Source of the DNA: Daphnia carinata
Lineage: Eukaryota
Assembly: GCF_022539665.2 (NCBI RefSeq)
Contig: NC_081331.1
Coordinates: 9,610,001 to 9,674,000 of the forward strand
Direction: 5' to 3'
DNA length: 64,000 nt
Each line of letters opens with the position of its first letter. Position 1 is the stretch's first letter. Under the pieces are notes generated by a model. The model saw only the letters and a list, made by a program, of their open reading frames with translations, was not told the DNA's origin and ran no database searches. Made by a program: the position numbers and the translations under genes. Shown here one piece after another: positions 1-18,200 of this stretch.

Positions 1-2333
1 GATAGTTGAATGGTGGAAGAAATAACACAAACTTCATGGACAATATCGCATTCCATGAAATCGCGTGTTTACCAGCCATAAAAAAATGCGCGCATAATCC
101 CGATAACTGTAGGCCTACATAATAACACACCTGCAGCGAGGGCTGATGCTCTCGTGCTGCAATTAAATTACCTGTGTAGAACAACACTGGCACGAATGTG
201 TCATTTCGTGTAGGTATTAACGTCTGTTTTCCCTGCGTATTACATAGCAATCCATACGAGTAAAGAGTAGATACAAATGTAGTAAGTTGAAGGAACGCGG
301 AAATGCGTTGAAAAGTTGTGATGGATGGAGTTGTCCCACTGCGCAACCCTTTCTAAAAGGTTACATGTGGATATTACCCGACAAGTTGAGAGAAGCGACT
401 CGTCGGAGACTGCGGGAGATCGCTAGAAAAAAAAAGTTGGGAGTTCACCTGCTGGTTTTCTTTGCTGTAAACAACAGAGACAACATCCTGACTGAAGAGA
501 AAACGGAAAACTTTTAGACGTTGTTTACAGAAAATCTAAAGTCATATAATTCCAATTGGAATTTATTATTCAGACTATAATTTGATAAGAAAAGGAGATA
601 GATACGACAAAAGACGGGGAATTCTTTTCTTTATTTACTTCCTTGATCGAATGATAATTTCTTATATATCAATCGGGCGCTATGAGCTTTTCATTGTTAG
701 ATATACAATGGAGGAGACTTTTTTTTTTTTTATCTTTGATCAACTGCAAAGGAACAATCTGACAAAAGACGTAGATAATGAAATTGAGAATTGGAAATGA
801 TCTTTCTCTTTTTTTCGAGGGGGATTTCTTATCAAATTTAAATTTTATCATCGTACCCAAATAACCACCCTGTACACAATAGCCTTTCTCCTTCTTCGGC
901 ATCCATAGCCAGAAACGAAAAAAAAGGCTTGTAAATATTGTATAGACATCAGGCATATTCATTTTTGAATAGGCAATAAAAATTGTAACCAATGGAGGCC
1001 TCGAGGGCCGTACGCTTTTGGGCTACTTTCGTGATATATTCTAACTGGATTTTTATTTTTTTTTTTACGATGCCCTTTGCGACCCAGGGTGTGCATAGGG
1101 GCATTCCGAGTTTGTGTCAGTAGGTCATTGCTTCGTCATTTCTCAGCTATGCAGCTAATGCTATTTCCCATTTTATCCTACGTGTATAGGCGACCATGAC
1201 CCTCATCATTAAAACGTTAACTTTCGTCTCCATTTTGTGCCAATAGACGGTAGGCTTTTGGGCACGCACATTTCTACGGACTTGGTACAAAAAGGCGGAC
1301 CATCTAAAAAAATAGTGACTCTTCCGGCGAGTTTATAAATGTCGACACGTTGGACTGCGAATTCTTTTGTATCATGCACTATAGATGAAAGGCTCTACGC
1401 TGTGCTAGTAGATCATCAGCCCAATCCTTTTTGCTCAATGCAGCCCGGAACGAAAGGGGCAGTAGAGCGTTGACATGAAGAGCGACATCAGCAACGCTGC
1501 GCATCCGATTCTTCCCAGTCCAATTACTATCGTCCTCAAGTAGAATGTTAGAAAGCGCAGCGCATCCCATACATAGTCAAGCTAATACTGAATTAAAATA
1601 CTTCAAACTGTAAAGTAAAAACAAAAAGTAAGGTTTTAAAAGATACTGGGTGGTGCTAAATTTACAACAATTACAGAGACATTTTCTTGTTTGTTTGGAT
1701 CATAGTTTTAACGAGAAAGACCGAGGGCTGGTGCGCTGTAGATTGTAAGACCTTGTCCTATGTCTGGGCACACACACATGGTATATACGTCATCATTGTT
1801 CTCTTGAACGCCAGCGCATCATTCCGCCCAATTATCTCGTCGGGATAAGAGAGCACCCTGTTAGCTGTATCGATCAACTGCTTTTCTCTAGTACTCGTGA
1901 GAATCGTGATTCAGACCCGCGTTTTGTCCGAAATAGCTTCCTCTTTACTCTACGATATTTTGTAAAAAAAAAAAAAAAATATAATTTAAAGTATATCAGC
2001 GAAACTCCAAAACAAGATCAGTACTCGACACAGGAGGCGGATGAGAGCGGAAGCAAATAACGAGGGCCGAGAAATGATGTTGAGCTTCGCTTAGCAACCA
2101 TCACGTTCTCGCTACTGATGTTATATTGGCCTTACATGTAGACGTTCCTTTTTTCCCGTACTATCAACTAGCAATTGATCCTATTTTTGATGTTTACCTT
2201 TCAAAGCGGCTTTGTGGTGGGTCGATTTGTTGGTCCCGCACTGCGACGTGCCCTGGCAGCCTCTTTTCTGCAGCGTCGGCGGACAACTCTTACCTGTTTA
2301 TATTACCGTTTAAAAACCGAAAATAAAAATGTA

Positions 2334-3480
2334 GGGGAGGGTGGGCGTGGTTGGAACACAAAACTTATTTTTGTTCCGTACGATTACAAAAATCGTCCAA
2401 GTAAAGTAAAAAATATATAGATTTGTAGCCAGTTATGTCAGCTACATAACCGTATTTTTTTTGGGTGGGTTCGGCAAAGTTTAATGTGTGCTATGAGTAA
2501 AAAACCGGAGGTACCCCAAGTTGTTTCAATTGCCAATTCTACTCGGCAATTGAAACAGGGCATCTGGGCAGTTGAAACGTGGGTTTTCCCATAAGAGAGC
2601 TCCTGGTTTTACGAAAAAACTAAAATGACGATATCTCAGAATCTGGGATACGTATTTTGATGAATTTTTTACAGTAATATAGAGAATTTTAATCTTTATT
2701 TTTTAAGATGTTTTATAAGTTTCTATAGTAAATAAATATTATTTAATTAATTTTAGTAGTTTTCTGAATTAGGTTCTGAACACCGTTAGTAATCCAAAGA
2801 ACGGTTAATAGTATGGAGATCAAATTTTTATAATCGAATATTGCATGTCCGGCCTTACATCATAATTGTTGTTAATGTCCTTAATTTAATTTTTAAAATT
2901 TAATTTCTTTCGTCAACGTTGTAAATAAAAGCACAAAACATTGTGGCAGACGATAAATGCCAGCCACCCAGCAGACGAAATAAAACACAAAATAAACAAT
3001 AATTGAAAAAAGAGCTCTGCTAATACGCTGCGTAGGGAACACCGTTGCCAGACTACAGTAAAGGAGACGCGCATACGGAAGGGTCGCAATTGGAACAAGG
3101 TGTTCCCATTGCTCCGACCATGGGTCTTCTCGGAGTTTTAATTTTTATAGGTGATAAAGTTAAGCTAGAAAAAAATTAATGTGATCAACTTATAGCTTAA
3201 TGAATGACGAATGATTGGAGACCTTTTTTAATGATTTTCTCCATCGTTTTCAGTGTGAAAACGAAAAAATTGTCTGCAAAAAAACAACAAATGGACAGCC
3301 AAAAAACAATTTTCTGGGATAATTCGAAAACTTTTAAATTCTAAAGCCTCCAATTTTTTCTAAAAATGTAGAACCCTAATTCCCGTTAGTTCAAATTTTT
3401 TAAACCAAATCTCTTACGTACTTTAAGTGGTAGAATTTTTGTTTCAATTGCCGCGTGTTCCAATTGCGCCCACCCTCCTC
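2334..3480. mobile_element. Non-autonomous TIR DNA transposon (MITE-like), TA target duplication
   Basis: Left end ta|GGGGAGGGTGGGCGTGGTTGGAACAC is an imperfect inverted repeat of right end GTGTTCCAATTGCGCCCACCCTCCTC|ta. Internal motif GTTTCAATTGCC/GGCAATTGAAAC recurs at ~2523, 2545, 2567, 3085, 3441, 3457. AT-rich, no transposase ORF. Confidence 0.8.
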
Positions 3481-5620
3481 TATACTAATCAATTAGAAGA
3501 TTTGAGACTGAATGAAGAATCGATTACCGCCACGGCTGGGTTCCATCACAATAACTCGCGTACGTTCTTGGCTGCCGGAACCGCATTGGTTGTCGCATTC
3601 TGACCATGGTCCCCATTCTGATACTTGGCAATCTTGCACTATGATTTTCAAATGAATAGAAATAATTGCATTAGAGAACTATAACTTTGTTTGACCTATT
3701 TCACGAAATGATAAGTTTTTTTTTTTTAGAAACTATAGATTTTTTTTATTAGGGTCTTGTTGAAGGGAAAGAAAAAAAAAGAAAACAAGTGGCAAGAGGG
3801 AAGGAATCAAATTAAGACCGAAAATACGCCAGTGGCGACGGAGATGTGGAAAACACCGCAGTTCCAGGGGCGAACGTGTGTGAGCAAAGGCGGCCAGCAA
3901 GAAAAGCAAAGTTGTGTTGGGTGTTTATCAATGCCCCGAGTTGTGAGATCAGCCCCTCCTATACATCCGTTTGTTTTTTTTTTTCCTTGTAGTTGGTTAG
4001 ACCCAAAGAACCTCTAATTTTCTACTGACGAAAATAAAGAGCAACTTCCCCAAATTACAGCAACGCGTCTGGAAGGCCCCAAAACCAGTAGGTTTAAAAA
4101 ATCTGAATCGCTTATTATTCCAACTGGCCGTACGTGTTTCGATGCTGAAGGGAGGGTACGGTTCAGTGTTGACGTGAGAACGATATAGGGAAAATATTAC
4201 GCATAGCATCGGAGGGGAGAAGAAATAAATTCAAGTTGACGAGCGAAGAAAAGCTTGTAAAAAAAAAAAAGAAAGGCTATGTAAGGAAAATAAGAAAAAA
4301 CAAATCACAAGAACAAGGAAAAAAAAAAAATCTTTCTCGGTGGGGGTTGATTTCAACGGACCGACCCCCTCCCCCCCTGTACCGTGGTCGTTCTTCTTCC
4401 GCATCTTTATCTTTCCGCTCTATCCGAAAAGGGCTCCAGCAACCGGTTTCTGTTTTAGTGATACACACACGCGAGGGATCGAATATATAAAAAGAAAATG
4501 CCATTGATACTACAAACCCTCAAAGGGACGAACAGCCAATAGATCACTAGATGGGAATCGAACAACAATTCTCCCCGTTATTGGATGATGTATACGCCGG
4601 TAACCGCAACAACGGTGAAAACATGGCTGCTGTATACATGCCACTACGTTACAAATGCAATTTCGTCATGAACGGATGAAAATTGCCAATATATGTACAT
4701 AGTTTTGGACGAGGGGGCAATTCTGGGAGAAAGGTAACTGAGAGGGGAGGTACAAACGAGGATACAGCAACATTCCGATGCGACAACATTCCCCCTTCTC
4801 GGAAGAAAAAAAGAGAAAAAACAATTGAAAAATCTATGCGTATATCTAGGTAAAGAAAAGAGAGTCGGCATATAGAAAAAAAAATAAATGAAAAAAAAAA
4901 ACAAAAGGAGAAAAGGAATTCAGGTCGGTCAAGTGAAATAAAAATGTCAGGTGATTTATGGATGAAACGAAAAGCTTTGGGCAGGCCTTTGAAGACAACC
5001 GTTTAAAAACGAAAATAGAATAAAAGAAACGATTGTGAAGCGAACTGTAAAACGTTGTTTTTCAATTTCTCATCAACTTTAATTGAATTACGATTTCTAG
5101 TGGAAAGCAACTCGTGTTAAACGAATTACACATTCCTTTTCAACATGGAGCTTTACGTTTGAACAGCCACCGTCAACTATGGAAATACGTCAGTCCTTTC
5201 AAAGTTATCGGGTCGTTTAGAATTTTTCCCGCATTTAACGACTAATTATCGATTTCGAAATTGATTTTCTTTGGTCCGCTGATTGCGATGATCGTGCTCA
5301 ACACACAGCGCCACTAAACAGTCATAAAGCTTTTTTGCTATCGTGTCATGTTTCTTTGGCCATGGCCGGAAGACCGTGACGAACCAAATCGACGTTATTA
5401 GATGCACCCAATTACACACCTATGGCAGCACACGACTTGCCGTGTGATTTTGTATTTCCCACCGACCGCATTTCGTCCTCCAATGTTCCTACCGACATTT
5501 CCGTTCTTTGCCATTTTTCTGGCTACTGTCGTTGGCCTCGATCTCAACGTCCGTGAAATTGTACAATAATAACAATAGAACAAAAGAGAAAAAAATGAAT
5601 GATGGAAAGAGGGTGTTTAC

Positions 5621-5915
5621 CTCCGCATGTCTGGCGGTAATCGGGACAGCAGTCGTTCAACTTGAGACAGGCGTGATCGCAGTAGCACGGAGTGTCTCGC
5701 AGATCCTCGATGATGGCGTTTTGCGGTGTTTTCTGTACGACGCAACTGGCGTCCCGTCCGGTGCAGCACAAACCGGCCTCCTTGCAGCTACCCAGGCTTT
5801 GAGCTGGACGGACGAGAAACAAGAGCAAAAGAACTTTGCCCACTCGGGCGGCGTTGACCATCGACGACATCATCCTCCAACTTGTTCTCGGATTCAAATG
5901 GATGTCTGTGTACAT
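5621..5915 (-). CDS. Somatomedin-B domain protein (SBSPON/RPE-spondin-like), first coding exon only
   Basis: Signal peptide (VLLLLFLVRPAQSLG) then SCKEAGLCCTGRDASC...CYCDHACLKLNDCCPDYRQTC, an SMB cysteine pattern. Donor GAG|GTAAAC after 5621. Start is ambiguous (in-frame ATGs at 5915, 5873, 5870, 5861). No downstream exon recognised in the window. Confidence 0.8.
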
Positions 5916-8900
5916 CTGCACACCGTCTCGGCGCTAGTGCGACTGGAGCATAGAAGCTTACACTGACGGGCTGGGCCACACGGTCCAGTCATATACCCAA
6001 CCCCTCCTTTTTTTTTTAGATATATTTTTTGCTTGCCTCCTCCCTTCGTCTCCTTGACTCTCTTTTTCTTCGAGCTTCTTCAAGCCCACAAAAATATAAG
6101 AGCCATCCCCCCTCCGTCAATCCATCAGCTCTTTTCTTTCTCATTTCTAGTCACCTTCCTAACCACCCCTCTTCGAAAAAAACACACACAAGAGACGGTT
6201 TTTTTTTCTTTCTTGAGTTTATTTGCCCGCCCTCTAAAAAGTCGAAACGGAATACGTGATGAACCCGGACCGCACTTCATTTCCTCAGCGCGCGCAGGCA
6301 TTCACATACTCCGTGCATCTCTTCGTTTCGGTGATGGCTGGTGTTTTTGATCTATCGATAGGGTTGAAAACATTTCTTTTTTTTCGAGGCGGGTTGAATA
6401 CAAACAAAAAGGACATTCAAATATATTTATTTTTCTGTGTGTTACATAGCGTGTTTCAAGGGTATCATCTCGTGTTTATGACTGTCAAATGTTTCTATTT
6501 ATTTTTCATTCCTCGAGCTGGAGATTTTTCGTTTTATCATCGAAATGTATCGTAAACACACTTTACATTTATATGTTGTTTAGGTGTGCATAACGCCGAG
6601 CATCCCATGTAGACAGGGATGAATACAAAAAAATAATAAATGGGGAGGGTTTCTGAGTTTCGAACTCGAAGCCCATCAAACATTCCAATCAAAACCTGAG
6701 CCAACGGAGCCGGGCAAACTGGTAGAGGATATTTTTCAATGTCCTCCTTTTTTTTTTCTCTAAGAAAAAAGAGCGTTTGATCATCTGCTTTGATTGCGTC
6801 TCATACAACAAGGATAGGCACATGTTACCTATTTGTTAACAGCTGCACTACTGATGCTACTGATCTACTTGCCGGAGTCGGGGCTTTGCGGTCCGGTCAG
6901 CTGAGAGCCTGAAACACGACTGTCGGCTCTTTCCATTTAGGGAAGATGCGAAGGCCGTCTCTGCTTACAAAAAAAAACATAAATGAATTCATTCGGATGA
7001 TGGCATTTACAAGTTGAATGAAACGGAATTGATACCCTCTGAAAAGGGAGATGGATGCTGGCCAGCTTGTCTGCAATCAGGCATACAAGATGCCGTCAAT
7101 GTGCTAAAGAATATTTGGCCTAGAGAGAGAAATGTGCTATCAAGATGAAATCCCCTTGCATACACACCAAAGCCCCTTTCTATGGCGATGCCTTTTCACA
7201 TTGAATCGTTCCGTCTGTATACTGAATTAGACAGCGCTGCTCGAGTGCAAATAGAACCGAATGTTAGACATCAACATGCTTTTTTTTAGAGGGAGCGTGT
7301 ATAGTTTAAACGATGGACCATAGTGAAAATTGAATTCAAACAGAATGTAGGCGAATCTAGAACGAAGGGACGTGCAGACGGGAAAAGAAATGATAAGTAT
7401 ATTAGAAGGAGAGAGCACAAATAAAGGAGAATTTCATTAGACCACGTGTACTGGCTTAGTGTCGTCCGACGCTTGATGATTACCCAGATGCGAGAGTCTT
7501 TTACGTATCGATCGCTGTGTGTAGAACAAAAAGAGCTGCGTAGCATCCGCTAGGTTTTTCACGGTGTTTGTATATACGTGTATAGATTGGCTGTATCTTT
7601 ATTTCCAATTGCGTTAGAAATCCCTTTAGCTTTTTGATTCTAACTCTTTCGTGTCTATTTTGATTTCATTATGACCCAACTCCTCCTAAGAAGATTTCCC
7701 CAAGAAAATTTTACATGCCCGCAATTTTCTTTTGTTTTAAAGGCTTGATTATCCTCCTTTCAAATTTTAAAGCTGGGGACGTGTTCCTGCCTCGTTTGCA
7801 AATTTTCAGTTGGATACGTCACGAACGGATTGAGGACGCTCCATTGGAAGCCAAGGATTTCAAATCATTGATCTCCTTTTTTCGTTAATTCCCGACAACA
7901 CTTGCGAAATGAAAATCATGGGGATTAAATGGGCGCATATTGTTCGTGGAAATCCACTGCAAACTTGCAAGAGCGGAGTGAAAACCATAAAAAGTCGAAC
8001 GAGAAAATGAACGAAATAAGTCGGAGATTTGAAATCCGTTACATTCGTTCTCTACTTTACAATCTTTCGTGATTCCTTTTATTTTCGGCCTTTCTCTTCG
8101 GCTTAAAAGCTTTTATAAGGCACAGCTCTAGATGGGAATGTTTTAATTCAGCATGATCGTGCCCTTTTTTCTGTGAAGTTCTTTTTTTTTTGTTCAATTA
8201 TTATTTGATGCTTGTCTTATGAAGCGCAACCTTCATTTTGAGGTCTCTGTCAGTTCCATTCACATTTCATCGCCAGAAATGGCGACCGAAGCGAAATCGT
8301 AAAAAGAAAACCTCACAGAACTAGGACTTGAATTGAATTATAGACAGAAGGTCGGATTCTTCTCGACGACTATATTCAAATTTACTTGAAGACGGACTCA
8401 AAAATAATGAGCGGCGTTTAAAACATGGAGAAATCGGCATAAATGCATCGTTTTCAAGGCGATCCTCGAGACGTTGTAAACGGTTGAAGACAACTTTTTT
8501 TGCTCTTGACACTGTCTGTATGTTAGAAGGTTACGTATAGTCTATGGTATTGTGTCTATCATCGACGACCATGAATACGTCGCTGCACCTGAGGGATAGT
8601 CTGATGATTCGTTCGTCATGGACGTCGCGTTCACAGAAAGATCACAAAAAAATGGACATGGAAAACCTTCATCTTTTTTTTAGTTTTCGATTTATACTTT
8701 TACTTTTATTAGCCTCATGTTTTTTTTTTGGATGTTACCTTCTATTTTACTACTCGCCGCAGGTGCGTTTATTAGTAGCACGAAACAGCATGTAGATTGC
8801 GATGGACTGAAATGGGATCGTCGTGGACGAGTGTATAGTCGCAATCAAGTAGATTCGGGATAGCATTTAAACAACGATATGTTTGGTGGGGGGAGAAACC

Positions 8901-10285
8901 AACTGTCAGTATTTGCCTGGTAATCTGGATTTGGAAGCAAAACAAGCATGTGAGAGGACGTTTAGTACGCAACCGGCGGACCTATGAACTCAACGCTGCT
9001 TGTCAGCGCAAATAGGTATGGCAGATCAGAGGACGAAGTTTGCAATGATACGAACACAAATTATTGATCAGACTACCAAGCAATTTCAAGCTCATTACTA
9101 GGACAGCTATTATTTAAGTTCTGCAATCCCTTGTCGCAATTTCTTTTGTGACAAATGATGAGATGAAAATGTAGCCCAGATACGAAACGCCATGGTGTTG
9201 AACGAAGGATTCCTTCTTAAATACAAACGTTTATTTCCTCTGTTTATTGGGTGGACAGCTGTGACTAAAATAAAACAAACAACCCTGATAAACGTGTTTT
9301 TAATCTACAGATCTACATCAGGTATAATCCTAAGGTAACAGCTGAGCACCATAAAAGTGAATGACTTCTAACACTGGTGCATCCTTTCATAAATCGAGAT
9401 GACTGTTAATCTATTTAAGGCTTACAATCATTGCGTGCCATCAATCCCTACGTTAACTCTTACATGTGCCTCATCTACAGAATCGTGAAAAACATACAAA
9501 CATGATCACTCTGAAGGAAACGTTCTGGCCTCCAAAATGGACAACATTGAAATTTCTGAATCAAAAGGTTTGTTGTTCGATTTGAAAACAAGCGAACTGT
9601 AAAAAATACAAACAGGATGAGGACAAAAATCGTGACGCCAGTAGGATGCAAGATTGGCTTTTTATCATCGCTTTTGACGGTTTGACATCCCAAAAATCAA
9701 CAAAAAGGCATAGTTAAAAATGTGTTGATAAACGCATTTGTGAAACACGGCAGATAAAAATATGGTCTGACAGTCGAGTCTGGAAAAAAGAAAACCTATG
9801 CTTCGACTCACGATGAACTTTACGCACTTCTATTATCGTAGCCTACATCGGGTAAAAACGTCTCCTAGATACTGCATCGAAAGAATGGATATCTATAAAC
9901 GTTGCTGGGTCTTATCACCTTATGACCGAAATCATAAAGCTCTGTAGGACGTTTTGAGTCCAATCTATCCTCTTTTGGCCACCGACAGGTAAATAGGCTT
10001 CTCTTTTTATTCCCTGCCTTCATTATACATGCAAATTATCAGAAATTATTAGAAATACATTTTTTCGTTATAACACCGTAATTCCACTAGCTTTTAATAA
10101 GTGTATGCGGAACCTTAAGCGCTACCGTGATTGATTAAATACGGGGAAATGTAAAATTGCCTATCTTTCCGTAATAAAATTCTTCATAGTCATCTTTGTA
10201 ATTATGATGGGGCGAAAAAAAATCCCAATAATTCATAAACCCATAATGTTTTTCCTAAACTTGTTCGTTTAATTTAGAGAAAAGG

Positions 10286-12161
<1,876 letters not shown>

Positions 12162-12741
12162 CCAGTTGAAATTGTATTTGAAATACCTGTTGACCTTATA
12201 TTCCAGTGCAATGGAACAATAAACTACAAACACCCAATCCCTTGTTCTTTTTTGTTTCTTCTCTTCTCCTCTTCAATTGCCGTCTTCTGCCAAAAGCTTT
12301 ATTAGCTTTACAAATTGGTTGTGATTTCAAGATTTGATATTACATTTAACCTCCTATATGTCGTATCATTTTAACTGCAGGATGACATTCGTGAATGTTA
12401 CCTTTAGACGAGCTTGTCTGTGTGCCCAACTACTCCTTTTACTCAATCAATGGCTCATATTGTACAAAATAAATGCAAATGTTGTTTACTTTCAGCTGTT
12501 TAAATAAAATGCGAGTATTTGAAAAGCTATCAAAAATACAAACAAGGTCGATGCAATGCAATCATTGTGACGATGCGCATTTACAAAAAACAACAACTAT
12601 AAAAAAAACCCGTTAAAGTCTAACTGATAAAGAGATATATTCGAATGTTAAAATAAAATGATTGCAGGCGTTGAACATCAGACGAGTAAAGTCGTTGCTT
12701 AGACGCGGAATACCACAATAATTTCTTTATTTCTAACAAGA

Positions 12742-14532
<1,791 letters not shown>

Positions 14533-15203
14533 TGGTGGTCTTCGTTCTTTCTTTTTTTTTCTTGCATTGTAATGGCAAAAACAGATACAAATAGCAAAAG
14601 TGGGATTACTTTGGCAGTCAAATAAAATCATACATAATACGTGGTATCAATCGTTCTTTGTTCAATTGTAAAATTGGTTAAAACAACGACATCCATCAAA
14701 ATACACGAAATAAAAGATATAGTAGTTCACATGTAAAGCAATCTAAGCATTATTACCAACAGCTTTTTGAGATTTTGTCGACGCCCACTAACATTTTGCA
14801 TAAAATTCGAAAGCCCAGCAGGTGATAGATTCATCAAGGTTGTCTGATCGAAACACAACAAAACGATGAAATGCCACACCCAACTGCCATGTGTGCTCTA
14901 TGTCTTTCTATTTGCTGTTTAGAATTAGGCAACATTCCATTATATTTGGCAACGTCATTATTTTCATACACTCGCCCTCAGCGAAGGCCTACCTCATTTT
15001 TGTCAGTTGGGCTCGGAATCTTGTCATGTGAAAGTGCTGTCGAAGGGAATACATAATTTATTTTGCAGATTTAGCCTACTTTAAATACTTAGCGAAGTAA
15101 AAATTAGTGTAGTGTAACACAGGTTTTCTCTGGGAACAGGTCGACAACGCATGCAAACCTTTAACCTGAGAAGAAGAATCTCAGGCAAGTCCTACGTATC
15201 AAA

Positions 15204-18200
15204 ATGGCGTCTGTGGATGGAAGGCCAGCTCAGTATGGGATATCCCTAAAACAGCTCCGCGAGGTGATGGAATTGCGAGGTCAAGAGGCCGTTGAACAGT
15301 TACGTCATTATGGCGGAGTGCAACAGTTGTGTAAAAAACTCTACACTTCATCCACGGAAGGTAAATATTGGATTGGATAATCAGGATTTATTTTATTTTT
15401 CTGATTTTGTGTGCTGAAAATCATCTCTAAATCGATATAGTATTTTCGAATGGGGTGGAAATAATCCTAGTTTACCACAGTAAGTTGATTCTGGGGATAA
15501 AATATCGCAAGAAATATGGGGATCAAGCAATAGTTTTTTCGCGCCCTTATTCCATTTCGTTTCCCTTTAGATTGATCTCGTTTTTGTGAAACGTTGCTTG
15601 TTTCAAGGTTAGATTTTCCCTCGAGAAATGTTAGTTCTTATCGCACACGCCTACAGTTGGCATCAGCTGTACAATGACAACAGTTCCCCTGACTCTTGAA
15701 GTCCCCAAAGCAAGTGTCTTGTTTTCAACAGCGTTTTAACCACACCTTCGAAGAAATTTTTTTTTTGTATCTGTGTCTTGCTCATACACTTGCTGCTTCT
15801 TTTCAAATTCCTGAGATATCTTAACACTAACATCGCCCAAGAAAGACAAACGTCGAAAGCCCATATTTGATGTGTGATTTTGCTAGCGTATGTAGACTTT
15901 GACTATCTCTAGTCTTGTTTACCCAGTAAGCTCTTCCCGTGTCTTTGATTGTTCTTACATCCGAAATAACTAACTGAGCGCGTAGTTCCATTTCGCTTGT
16001 AATGGCTATAATAGCCTTAATTTGCTCATCTCCTCTCTTAGTGTTGCATTGCAATTTACACGAAATTCCTTATGCATTTGGAGGAAAGTTAAAGGGCTAA
16101 TTGGAATAGTGGATTGTACGTTTGCATGATGGCTGGCGTTACCCACTTCCTTTTTCTGCGCGTACATATTACGCAATTTGTTGATGGGTTTGTTGTCTTC
16201 CATTTGTTAACAGGATTATCCGGTTCGCCGAAGGACATCGAACATCGGCGAGAAACATTCGGATCCAACACGATTCCACCCAAGACGCCAAAGACCTTCT
16301 TGAGATTGGTGTGGGAAGCGTTGCAAGATGCTACCCTCATCATCCTTGAAGTCGCAGCCATCGTCTCGTTACTGTTATCATTCGTGCCTTCCACTAGCGA
16401 CGGTAATTTTGTTTCAAACATATATTTCGATAGAAGGAAAGCCAAGTTGCGGCTAATCGAGTCGACTAAAGAGGCAAGCTGGGCAGTAAATTTAAGCTTG
16501 GCGTAGGTTTTTAGATTCTGTCAAGCATTAAATTCAATTTGAGTAGCGATTCTTGTACTTTAATGGCTTTAGTCGAGTTATTTGCAATTGTTCTGATTTC
16601 AACTTCGGTAGCCTGGCAGACGAGAGAATATCTGTATGCGCAGATTCACGCGTTTACAATAATCCTTGCTGCGCTGGAGACCGTTTTGAAACAATAATTG
16701 TCCAGTTCACGTATTGCTAGACTGTTGTAATTGTTGGTACTTTGAAGGCCGCCTGCTTCTGTCAGTTGAATTTATGCCTGTTTTTCATTCCTTGCTTTCT
16801 AATTCTCACTGATCTGCAGATGAACTCGGCCATGAAGAGAACAAAGCTCATGAATGGATCGAGGGCCTCGCCATTCTGATATCCGTCATAGTCGTCGTCT
16901 TGGTAACTGCCTTCAATGATTATACCAAGGAGAGACAATTCCGCGGACTGCAGAGCCGCATCGAGGGCGAGCACAAATTCGCCGTTCTGCGGGGAGGCGA
17001 GAGCAGCCAAATCTTTGTAGGCGAGATAGTCGTCGGCGACATCTGCCAAGTAAAAATATTCAAATTTTATACAAGTTCTTTTCCATTATAGCTGAACTTT
17101 TTGCAGGTGAAATACGGAGATTTGCTGCCGGCTGATGGCATTTTGATTCAGAGCAACGATTTGAAAGTGGACGAATCATCGCTAACGGGCGAATCGGATC
17201 ATGTCAAGAAAAGCGAATTGACTGATCCAATGCTTCTTTCCGGTAATATTAGAAATCTATCCTGTTTAGTAAAGACACATTTCCACCTGTATAATTTACT
17301 ATTTGTGTTTCCAATAAATTAGGTACTCACGTCATGGAAGGTAGTGGCCGGATGTTGGTAACGGCCGTTGGCATCAACTCGCAGGCTGGCATCATTTTCA
17401 CCTTGTTAGGGGCGGCCGCTGATGACAAGAAAGCTAAGGCTAAAAAACGGAAGAAAGGGGACAGTCTAAGAGGTTAGACTTCTATGTCTTTATATATGAC
17501 CGTGCTATACCAATGAATGTTTTTTTTTACACGTCCAGGAGATAGTGAGCAGGGCAATGTAAGCAGCAACAGTCAGACGGATCATGAAGGAAACATATCG
17601 ACGAGCAAACAGGGAGCAATGGATGAATCCGTTGGTCCAACTGGCGATGCCGCAGTAAAGGAAAAAAGGTCGAGTCATAAAAACAAATCTGTCCTACAAG
17701 CCAAACTGACAAAATTGGCCATTCAAATTGGTTATGCTGGTAAGAGGATTTGATAGGTTTTGTATTGATATTTGGTTTTTTTTATTCACGGTTATTTCAT
17801 TATTAAGGTTCGGCGGTTGCCATATTAACGGTCATCATATTGATAACCACCTTTTGTATCAAAACTTTCATCTACCAACATCAACCGTGGAAAAACGAGT
17901 ATATCAATAACTTTGTCAAGTTTTTCATCATCGGTGTCACCGTTTTGGTAGTCGCCGTCCCAGAGGGTCTCCCCTTAGCCGTGACTCTATCTCTGGCGTA
18001 CTCTGTTAAAGTATGACACAGTTTTGCTTGTTCGTTGGATGTAGATATCCACTAAAACTATTTACTTTCGTCTCTTTTCCAGAAAATGATGTTAGACAAC
18101 AACTTGGTGCGACATCTAGCTGCCTGTGAGACGATGGGCAATGCAACGACAATCTGTTCAGATAAAACGGGAACTCTGACAACAAACAGGATGACCGTTG

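Noticed and set aside
287..1570. Short ORFs 287-517 (+) and 1379-1570 (-) with protein-like composition
   Set aside because: No recognisable motif or splice structure, and no TSP1 pattern linking them to the SMB gene.
6353..6360. DRE-like palindrome TATCGATA
   Set aside because: A single 8-mer ~400 nt from the likely start site, so chance cannot be excluded.
6895..6930. CTGAGAG...GAAAC as a hammerhead ribozyme core (also CTGATGA at 8601 and 58981)
   Set aside because: The CUGANGA/GAAA core and the three stems cannot be assembled.
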